From NCBI GenBank assembly GCA_000934665.2, contig KZ538454.1:62001-126000 (forward strand): a DNA stretch of 64,000 nucleotides. Direction: 5' to 3'. Positions 11,740 to 21,897 of the stretch are shown here, piece after piece; the stretch's first letter is position 1, and the number at the start of each line of letters is the position of its first letter. This DNA is from Catajapyx aquilonaris. Taxonomy: Eukaryota. The notes below the pieces were generated by a model. It was not told the origin of the DNA, searched no databases, and was given only the letters and a program-made list of their open reading frames with translations. A program made the position numbers and the translations under genes.

Positions 11740-14700
11740 GTAAGATCCGATAGATGGTACTACCCTAGTCCACCGATCCAGTAGCAGCTTGTGCCCAATA
11801 ATAGAAGGAGGCCCATGCCAACACATTAATTAAAGGATGGTGTGCACTCTGTGGGCAAGGGCTGAAGGAATAAGGAAGGAAGCGGTGTGGCGGCGCAGCA
11901 AGCGCGAATATAGTGCGGTTGGTGCGGATCCGCCAGCGAAGAATAGGAATGATCAGAGTTGTCATTCTGCGGTGGGCCAGGAATCCGGAGAAAGAGTCGG
12001 CACTGCGCCTTCTAATTATTAATCCGGGATTAGAAGGCGGCTTGTGGCGTATAGAACAGAGCGTTTAATTTTTAAACCACCCTACCTGCTCCCGCCGAGC
12101 AGGGTTTTCGCAGTCGTGCAAAACGGATCTGTAATTGATTTGAACACGTGTAAAACTGGAAATAGGGCCCCGTTTTGCCATTCGTGGGCTACTTGTCTTT
12201 TGGTCAAACCCTACGTTTATACCCATCCCTTTGTGTTTTCCCCTCTCATTCCATGGCTCCGGGTTGGGTCGCTTCAAGTCGATCAATCCATTCTCATAAA
12301 AGTCTCCGTAATTGCGCCAAACATGTGGCGAGGAAACGTGGCTGCGGTGGTCTTGGGAGGAGGGAAGAAAGGTTAGGGACCGGGTTTATAGATTATGAAA
12401 ATTGTGTGGCCGTAAGTCTTGGTCTCTCCGCGGGAGGCAGCCTTGCAGAGGGCTTTAGGGCTCGCCCAATGGAATCGGAAAGGCAGGTTTCACCATTACC
12501 CCGTTCTTTGTCTCCTCCTGGCCCTTTTTCCACTCCTCATTGTTTCTCTTTCCACTCTGTAATAATGGCCGCCTTGAATTTCCCGCCAGGCATTAAAATG
12601 TTGGACTAGTCACTGCGCCTGTCTGGTTAGTTTCTCTCCAAGGAAATTCAGGGCTCTTGCTAGCTCGTTCTTTTTGTCGTACTGTCTACGCTGTATCTGC
12701 GTCGATAAACTAACTCGGCGATTGGAATAAGTCAATATCAGTTTCGTCTTCAGGCGGTGTTTCACTGTTGCTAATGGAGCTGACCAGTATGGAACAAAAG
12801 ACGGTTAATGAGCGTTAGGGGGAAGTCAGTCATCGATTGGGTATCGGCTGGGTCAGATTCCCAGCCCTTAGGAACAATTAGGGGGTCCTAGCTGGGCGGC
12901 TCCCGAAGAGCCTGATGGACGAGAACGAGGCCTTAATTCCCCCCTGTGCGCGGCCATTACATAAATCATATTCCTAATATCGGGCCCGCATCCCTTGTAA
13001 ATCATGATTGTGGACCTTGCAGTGCCGCGCTGAGGTATTTCTAATCAGCTGCGATAGCCTTCGCCAACAGGAGCCGGGCCTTGTGCCCACGAACAAAAGG
13101 GCCAAGGCGAGGCCTTTGTTTTGTTAATGAACTCTTCGCTGCCCTGGGGCAGATTTGGCGGTGGAGAGTGGGGGGAGGAGGGGGATGGGGGAGTACAAGA
13201 CAGCATCCAGCAATAAGCAGGCCTGTGGGGGAATTTGCTCTTTGAGTCCAACCATGCATTTGCAATGGCGGCAGGTGAGAAGAGTCGATCTCCGCTTTAA
13301 AGAATCTTCTATGGTTATCATGGAAAAAAAAGAAGTCAGGGAGGGAAAAAGAAGACAGGAATTTATTCAGTTGGCAAGTGACATTTACTCGTCGAAGACC
13401 TCCTCCGAGGGTCCTCAGCGCGCTTGCAGGGTGGTCCCCTTAGGAACAGACCCATAATTCTGCTCCTTTTGGACATTCTGCTTCCAAAAGTAGGAAGACG
13501 AGATGGAGGGAAAGATAGGTGGAGTAGGCAGATAAAAAGGCAGGCAGGAATTATGGGGCAGCACCGCAGCTAACTCTTCCCGGACCCATATCACTCAGAA
13601 ATCATATTTCCTCCAGCCCTTTTTCTGCCGGCTGTCTAACTCCCTGCACTGGGACTTTTTTGTGCCTCATTTCGCAACTTTCGCTTTCCTGAAGAAAGAA
13701 AAAAAATTCCACCACTTTTACGGAGGATCCAGCAGGTGTATCCGGGAGAGGCAAATCACGCAACTCCTTCCGCTAACTTTTTCTACCCCCTTCTTACTTC
13801 ATAATGTCTTGGCAGGTGCTGGCAGGGTCAACTGATTGCGAATTTTGGTGGCTCGAAATATTGTAGGGAAGCTGTAAGCGCCATGTGGTACCCGCTGTTG
13901 GGGTGTAAACCCGGCCGATACTGGGCCATTGATGGCCAATTTGGATTTTATATTGACACTGATCGGCCAGCTTGGTTTTGTGGGGAGGGGAGTTTGTTAC
14001 CGCGGTTGTAATTAAATTATTGTAACGGTACAGTGGTTTAGAATCTGTTTGTATATGTATAGATGGCCACTGCTGCCATCTATCAGCCAATTTGTTTTTT
14101 AAAAACCATATATGTACACGCTTTTGGTTAGATTACATGATTATGCAGTTGCGTGTATAACATTGGGAGGGGGACATGACAGTGGTAGGACACCGCCTTG
14201 GCAAAAATTATTGATACGCCACTGGGAATTGCGATTTATGACCCATCTTCATAAACACGTTTTTGGTATGTGCTGAGATGCGGAAACAATTTTCGGGGAA
14301 ACCGTTGGATTTTCGGGTTGCGTTGTCATGAAAATAATGTGCGAGGATCCTATCGGTATCTCTCCTCGTCTCGTGATGCGCCCCACAAGTCAACAGTAAT
14401 AAATCTTGGGGCGAGTCGACATGTTTCTATGCAAGGTAAATGAAATAAGAAAGAGCGGCAAGGTGGTAATTATTCGGGAGATAAGTGCAGTCGAGGTAAC
14501 CCGCTATTTTTCCCGCCTTGGTCATCATGTATCGCTGTAGATAATTGGATACTTCGGCACTTGGGGGTCATACCCACCCGTTAGGGCGCTGTCAAAGGGG
14601 TCAAGAAGGAATTGCTATTAGCATTTATCGTGGACGTGCCCGTTACTCGTCCCGGAAACTTCTTTGGCCGAATGTTTGGAAAAGGCCGAGGCTTGGAATT

Positions 14701-15272
14701 TACGAGATAGCGGCGATTGTTCCCGAACAGATTTGTGCGAATCGACTTGACTCGCAAGACAATAAGCAAGCGGAGCCTTATGGAGCGGTGCCAAACGACC
14801 CAGGAATTTTTGTCGCCTTCTTCCAGCGCCCAAGCCATCAGACACAACCTGTTGAAAACTAGTGTGGTTGGTGGTCGTGGGTCGGAGGGCAAACCAAGAC
14901 GCCCCAGGGCCACGACGATTAGCATTTATTCCCAAGCCTCCATATTTCACCTCGGACCCCTCGTTTGTGCGCTGAAATCTGATTGGAAAATAATTAAAGC
15001 CGGATCCAACTAGCCTCCAGGGGTTTATAGCACCGTTTGTCCAGTTACATTGTTAGCAAATAATTGCGAGTGTTGACCGCGAAACGGTTTATCGCCAGAG
15101 AAAATCTGCATTGGATTTTTATCCAATCGTATATGATCCATGCACTAAATAATTTATATTTAAAATTGTATAAAAATATGCACCAATGATATAAAATTAA
15201 TCATTATCATAAACAATTTTATTCACATCCAACCAGCTACATTTCATCGCGTACATTGTCAAGGTATTGTCA

Positions 15273-15568
15273 GGTGTTCGAAGAAAAAATGAAAAATAGT
15301 ACCAGTAAAATTGTACCAGTAAAAATAGTAGAGGGCCAATGGCTCTAGCACGGGGTAGCAAAAATAAAAATAAAATAACTATTTTAGTAAAATATTTATT
15401 TTGTTTTTATTGTATGGCTCTATAGCACGGGGTAGCAAAAATAAAAATAATAAACATACATATTTTAGTAAAATATTTTATTTATTTTTATTTTTGCTAC
15501 CCCGTGCTATAGCCACTGGCCCTCTACTATTTTTACTGGTACTATTTTTCACATTTTCTTCGAACACC
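15273..15568. mobile_element. AT-rich MITE-like fold-back element (~300 bp) with an internal duplication
   Basis: ggtgttcgaagaaaa...aaaaatagtagagggcca...tagcacggggtagcaaaaataaaaata is inverted at 15483-15568. tagcacggggtagcaaaaataaaaataa is directly duplicated (about 15346 and 15423). No clear target-site duplication. Confidence 0.8.
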
Positions 15569-17241
15569 GATGTAAGGAATATGAATGACATTTATTTTTA
15601 TTTCGTAAAATATATTCAAGCTGTTTAATAAATTGTATGTGATTTTCTATCTATAAGTGACAAAAGTGGTGACAAATATTTGACCCAACAATATTATAAT
15701 TTTTCCTGCCTTTTTTCTTCTTCTTTTTCTCTACTGGGTTCGAAGTCCGAGCACACGTTACTGTAATCGTGTTAAAAGTGTAGTCTTGTCTAGCCCAACC
15801 GAACTTGTTTGTATAAAGGCGACAAGTCCACACCAATGGCCAAATGGACGTCAGGTTGTGGGTGCTAACGAGCCGTCACGTGGGCCACTCAAGAAATAAT
15901 TCCTGATTCCAAGGCGCGTCTCGGGTGGGAAAAAAAGCATAAGTGAGGCCTCCACCCACCCAAACCCTCCCTACATAAAACCACTGGGCAAACTGGATTC
16001 CAAGGAGAGATTTGAACGATCGGATGTCAACGCAACCCTCGCCACCCGTCGCGTCGAATTACACAGATTGGACTGAAACTGGCCATTCTAATGGGCGGCG
16101 ATTTATGCCCAAGCCCGTCATGACTTATGTGGACTAGGTCCAATCAATGACGTCAGGAGTGTAGCAGTTGCCAAGTGGATGGAAAGCAGCATAAGGGAGA
16201 TGCACCACCCACCCCCCTTTGGAACTATCATAATTGCTAGCGTCCACCCAATTTACATCCTTATTACTGTAAGCTGGCAGCAGATAGCCGCCCACCTTCC
16301 TCCCACTCATGACTCATCAATATTAAAAACATCAGGAAGGATTCCGACTGGTGGTGGTGGGGGTGGGGAGAGGGAGGAGGGGAGAGGAGGAAAAAAAATA
16401 GCACCCGCACACATATCATTTGCATCGGACAAGTAGCTCGTGTGCGCCACTCTTGCTTGCAATCACTCGCCCACTGACAGAAGGTATAGGGGGGACAAAA
16501 AAGTGCATACAGAATGTCGAAGCGGATTCGTCGTGGTAAGAATGATTTCAGAGATTGTGCAGGGGCTTGCACGTGACATGACGTGCTGGATATAGGATAT
16601 GGTTTTGTGAACTTTTTATGAGGTGCATTCAAAAAAAATGGGATTGAGGATGGGCAGTGTTGTGGTGGCTGCAAGGGCCGTCATGGGAACAAGATTGTCT
16701 CAGGGTATGGCGAATGTAAAATCATCATCATCACGACATTTTAAAGTGAATGATATTAAGCAGGACATGCAAGTTCGCAAAAAAAATGGCATACGCTTAG
16801 GCCGTATTAATATAATAATTAATTATTAATAATGAATAAAGTTGATTAAAGTAATATTGTAACTGAATACAATGCTTATCTTATCGCTTAATGGCACATC
16901 CCATTTTAGAAGATTGTATCACATACTTCACCTCAGCGACCACATCCTTTACGTTACGTTAAATTAGTGTTTGATCGTTTGAACCCCGCGCGTGCATGCC
17001 CATCCCCAGCGCCATCTGTCCCCTCGTGACAAATACCTCCAACATCACAACAAGAAAGTATGCGCAGAGCCAGGCAACAACCAATTAAGACATATCTTTG
17101 TCGCTGTGGCAAGCAATAAACGTCCTCGAGACGTAAATATTTGCCTACATCACATGACAAGATTCACGCGCTTCATACTGAATCTCCCGTTTCCGAATAC
17201 CACGAGTCATACAACACCCATGTCCTTGTTCGTTGTTTCAG

Positions 17242-17374
17242 ACAAGGAGCCGAGAAGTACAGTCGGAGTTGCTGTCCCGATTCGCGGAGAAAGAGCGAGA
17301 CCTACACCAGGAGCAAGTGGCTGTCTCGCACCAGTTGGCCGAAGCGGAGAAGAAGATTGTCGCCCTGCAAAGTG
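17242..17374 (+). CDS. CUX1: Internal coding exon of cut/CUX1 (CASP): TRSREVQSELLSRFAEKERDLHQEQVAVSHQLAEAEKKIVALQS(A)
   Basis: Acceptor tccttgttcgttgtttcAG and donor G|GTAAGG (17375). Length 133 nt, phase 0 to phase 1. Matches the recalled human CUX1 segment [35 protein letters not shown] (FAEKER, L.EAE.K, LQ.A). Confidence 0.93.
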
Positions 17375-17709
17375 GTAAGGACTAATTGACTTCGAAACAA
17401 AAAACATATCCTTATCGAGCATGATTTATTCCGCATTGTGTTCCATACTGGCCAATAATTTACAGGCACGATAAGTGATTGTCCGCAATGTTTTTGGTAT
17501 GCCGCTCCGAGTAGTGATAAGATCTGGACAAAATCCCAAACATCCTATGCATTGGAAGTGCCCCATTTCTGCTCGACCATGCCTGGTGACGTCATACATC
17601 GGCGGGTGTTATCTTATCCGGAGCAAATATTCCTCATATGTAGTTTTGCATCGTGTCGGCACGCCAGATATTATACTCATTGCGCCTTGTTTTTCGGCTT
17701 TATTCGCAG

Positions 17710-17779
17710 CCTTGGACCAATGCCAGTCCGAACTCTTTGAGCTGAAATCAAAATGTGAAGAGGAGTCTCCACAAGCCAA
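17710..17779 (+). CDS. CUX1: Internal coding exon of cut/CUX1 (CASP): (A)LDQCQSELFELKSKCEEESPQA(K)
   Basis: Acceptor ttttcggctttattcgcAG and donor AA|GTGAGT (17780). Length 70 nt, phase 1 to phase 2. Matches recalled human [23 protein letters not shown]. Confidence 0.92.
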
Positions 17780-17820
17780 GTGAGTACATGGGGGGGTTCC
17801 GGGGGTCCTCCCTCAATATT

Positions 17821-18119
17821 TTTTGCTTGCTTAAGGGCAATACATTCCGTGTATGTAATCTGGATGTTGTACCTTACAAGGGCGCGGCACAGTCGTTTTA
17901 CGACATCGGTTGTCCCGTCGGATATTATTGGGCCATTATTCGTGGACCCCTGTGGCGCGCGCTGAAAACTAGTCGGATGGTTTTGCGGAAACGCCTGGGC
18001 TAGGGTGACCTGTCGAGGAGGGAGTGTCAAAGGTCACGGCGCGGTTGGGGAGCGACATCTGGTCCCACCAGTCTTGTTCGGGTCATTTGGTTAGGTTGAG
18101 GGAGGGTAAAAGGATGGCA
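17821..18119 (-). mobile_element. Possible decayed Penelope-like retroelement fragment (RT thumb/linker region)
   Basis: Minus-strand peptides CHP, SLPNRAVTFD, LAQAFPQNHPTSFQRA and KRLCRALVRYNIQITY...LKQ occur in the order of the recalled PLE motifs (S.HP, L..RA..IC, L...F..NGYP..F, L.R.L..YNI). Frameshifted, and judged by eye only. Confidence 0.3.
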
Positions 18120-18638
18120 CCTGCCAAAGGCCAAGGGGACAACTCGTTACTGGGAAGATGCATGGTTTTTAATGCCTTATTTTGTAAATTGAATTGCGCT
18201 GTACCGGTACATACTGTGTGAGTCAGGTGTTGCTCCTGCTCCTATCAGTAGATAGCATGTACAGTTATTACCCTGAACGATTAGTCAGAGAATTAACGGG
18301 CGATAGTGACAAATGTTCGTATTGCCAAAAAGGAGTTGTGGACTTGTTTGACCTCCGTTGAAAGGAGGCGTGTGACAATTCGGCCTATTTGTCACATTCG
18401 GCTCTCTCCATGGAATGAAGAAACCGATTGCCCCGCTGCGACCATAGTGTACGGGACGTGGGCACTGGAAGAACCAGTTCCATTGAAAAAAAGAACCGTT
18501 GATTGTCACTCGGAGTTCATTATTCCCATCACCATTATGACGCAAGTGGCATACCCCCACATGGGGGGCTGTTGGAAAATCACTTCCGCGACTGGATTGA
18601 CACAGGTCTTCGGTGTCACCAAAAAGCTGATCACGTGT

Positions 18639-18672
18639 CGTGGGAAGTAGGTCTCGTGCCGGGGTTCTCACG
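18639..18672. promoter_or_regulatory. Head-to-head pair of consensus Su(H)/CSL sites (SPS-like, 18-bp spacer) next to a CACGTG E-box
   Basis: CGTGGGAA at 18639-46, TTCTCACG at 18665-72 and CACGTG at 18632-37. Confidence 0.35.
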
Positions 18673-18884
18673 CCTTCTTCGACCTCAGGAATTGAGGACT
18701 GCAGTCTCATTCATCTTAAGCAGACTCGCTAGAATTAATCAGTTCACGCCCTATGTGGCGGTTGTCGTGACGGGAGTGACCTGCTCTAAAAATATTATAT
18801 GAAATCAGCACTACATTTCGCCAATATTGCTATATAGAACATCTGCAGTGCCAATAATGGTAGTCAGCCCCCTATATTATTATT

Positions 18885-18956
18885 AAGCTTACTCGATTTG
18901 CGAGGCGGGGGGGCTCTGCCCCCCCACACCCCCCTCGTGGGGGCTGCGCCCCACTT
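18885..18956. mobile_element. Short GC-rich double-hairpin insert between TATTATTATT direct repeats
   Basis: gggggggctctgccccccc and gtgggggctgcgccccac hairpins; tattattatt at 18875-84 and 18957-66. Confidence 0.5.
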
Positions 18957-21830
18957 TATTATTATTTTGGAGCCTAAAAGTTGGCGTGCGCCTCCAATCA
19001 ATAGGCAGCTCACCTGTCAGGTAGCAGCTTGCATGCGGGGGGCTAACTTTTTTCTCTCATCTTGTTTTTGTGGCACACCCTCCCATCACCTTACCCCATC
19101 GTGTGATGATCCGAAGATATCAGATTGGACTCGGCTGCCAGCGCCCGATCCCCCATCGGCCCTGGTCAAGGGCAGCAAAACTCCTTAATGAAGCAGCAAA
19201 CGCAGGCCTTTGATTGACAGCGCTAATGTTCTTCTTGTAGGGACGGTATAACTCTCCTTGCCCTCCAGGCTAACACACTGCAGCAGTGTGGAACAAGAAA
19301 TTCCAATATCCAGGGTGTATAGAACTCTCGATCATCTGCACAAGTGCTCTGACAAACGGGGAGTAAATTTATATCATATTCAGTATAATTAGTGTGGGAA
19401 TGAGGGACCAGTTTTGTGGGCTTTTTTTAAAAAATATTAGTAAAAATAATTAGGCCTATTCGCGGGATCATACGATTCTGGGCAGCCAAAGCTACTGATG
19501 TTTTACTATAAACTCACAGAGCTATAGCTTTTGAATAATAAGGTTCTGTAAATTTATTTGGAGTGGTTTTGCAGTATTTTTACGATTCAAATTGAAATTG
19601 AAATTGGCTCGAAACCATTTTACGTCAGATTTGATCTCCACGAGTCCTGACCAAACGGCCGGTTCCAACAAGCTGTCACACGACTGGTTACAACGCCAGC
19701 ACCAACGCCATCTCCTGACGAGACTCCCAACTCGCAGGCGGGTGGCACAATAATTGAAGCAGTTGGGGATATTTTTATCAAACGTTAGAAAATTATATAG
19801 TGTATAACGTTGATTATGGTAAATCTACTTGAATATTCGAGGCGCTTGGCACCATAATTATGCATTTTTTTCACGATTTGATATCGGAATATTTTCGGTG
19901 ATAATTACAAAGATAAGTGTGCATACATTCCACAGCGGTTTTCTGATACACCAGTAGCCGCATGTGGAAATTGGTCATATATTCCAAAAGGCGATAAACC
20001 CCACGCCTATTGTCTACAGCTGTGTTTGGTGTGTGTGTAGATGCCGGGTCCCGGAAATCAAACTCGTTATTGGCTGTAATTCGGCGGCTTAATTTCGTTC
20101 AGATGGGGATAAAAGTGGCGCCATTTATGGCCGAGAGAAATGATGGAGCCATAGAAGGGCGCGGATGACGAGATGATATTTTGGTGGGGGGGAGAATATC
20201 GCTCTTGGGCCAGCAACTGCGATGGATGGTCACCCCCCAAAAAAGCATCAGCAGCTAACGAATGGACCACAATAACCATTGACCCTGCTTCTTCCTACGT
20301 GATCGGTTCCAGGGGTCTTAGTCCCGAGACAGCCAACAACCGACTATATAAAAAAACAGGTTTTATCTACTGACCAATTACAGCAGAGGCACAGTATTGG
20401 TTAGCCGCGTTAGTGTGTTTGTTCGTGAACGGCATCAAATGGATTCGGCTGCTGCAGAGCGGATGCGTGCAAAATGTCATCCGCATGGACTTTTCCCAAA
20501 GTGCCGCATATACACCACTTTGGAAGCCGAAATGTAGTCGGCGTTAGGCATGCCATAAATTAATCCAAAAAATTAAGTGCGCTTTCGCAGCGACTTTTAA
20601 TATTAATCTTGCGCCGGGGCAATAATTTATAGTTATTTATTTGTTTACCGTATCCGGTGTGCTGTATGACAGAGGGAATAATTAGGCCCACAGCGTATGT
20701 CACAGCCGCGGATACTCACACAAGGACAGTAATGTTAATAAAACAAGACATAAACCGCAAAAAAAGCTTAGTGTGCTCTCGGGGAGCCCCAAATGGATGC
20801 ATACACGCCCAACCGCTCATGCCCGCCTATAGATATGTATGCAGCAATGTATACACTACACCTGCATGCACTACATACTTTGGCCCAAGACCCTGTCCAT
20901 TTTCACACATCCAGGCACTGTACTGCGCTAGGTAAATAAGTCCGAGTATATAGAACCAGCAGGCTGATCGAGAACCGAGCTCATTCACGTGTAGTTAACA
21001 AATATGCATCAAGCTAAGTGGGGGGTCAGTAACTTCATACTATATAAACGATATTATTTACATATCCAAAATTTCATATAGCACTTAAAATTTTCAACAA
21101 ATATTATTAAATAAAGAAAGATTGCTTTTCTCATATAAATAAGTGGCAAATGTAACGAAAAATATTTTACGATATCCCCACTATTCCCATCCTTACCCCA
21201 TACCGGAGTCAGAAGAAAAAATTATAGAAAAATTGAAGGGTGGTGGTATTTCACCCCCCTAATGACCCTATCACGTGGTAACGTAAAACGAAATATAATT
21301 TTTACGATATGTACAAAATTATTTTTCATTATTTTTATGCAAATTTGATTTCATTGCCAGTTGGCTCCCCCTAGTGAGGACTAATTCAAACGTGGCGCCA
21401 AATTTGAATTCTGATCTTGACTTCACGTGAGATGGAGGCTCCATCAGGTCATCTAGTCTGATAGAAGCTCCCATGGCCGTTAACTGTGTACTATAGGTCA
21501 GGTTGATCGAGAAGCGAGCCTTATATAGAGCCCTGGCGGTATATAGTGCACTATAGTACAGCCGAGTTATTGTCGGAGGGAGAAGAGAGCCACCGAAGGG
21601 AGGAAATGGGCAATCGCCAGAGGATCACCCGTAAAGTAGCTGACCACCACTCATAAATATCCGCTAATGGATGGTAGACACGGTTTCGTGTTCATCAGAG
21701 CGCCTTTTCTGCTTCGGGGGGGTCACTCAACTCGATACTAGATGATGATAGAGATACCCTATTTCTTCATAGAAAAAAAATCATCTAAAGTGTATGATCA
21801 CCCTCAAATCACTTTTTTCTATATGTGCAG

Positions 21831-21897
21831 GTCAGATGAAAGTGAGCCCGTCACCAGCAGTGATCAGCAAGAGCAGCAGCAGGAGAGCAGCAGTAAG
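21831..21897 (+). CDS. CUX1: Internal coding exon of cut/CUX1, diverged: (K)SDESEPVTSSDQQEQQQESSSK
   Basis: Acceptor acttttttctatatgtgcAG and donor AAG|GTAAGC (21898). Length 67 nt, phase 2 to phase 0. Its first base completes the AA|G Lys codon from the previous exon and gives K-S-D-E (human K-A-D-E); the rest is low-complexity. Confidence 0.75.

Noticed and set aside
17480..17700. Minus-strand GIY-YIG-like peptide (CKTTYEEYLLRIR*H) extending the Penelope-like fragment
   Set aside because: Similarity is very weak, and the conserved CUX exon at 17710-17779 lies between the two pieces, so they cannot be one colinear insertion.
18461..18473. ggcactggaagaa resembling miR-263a/miR-183 family
   Set aside because: The 5' seed bases and 3' end do not match, and I see no hairpin partner.
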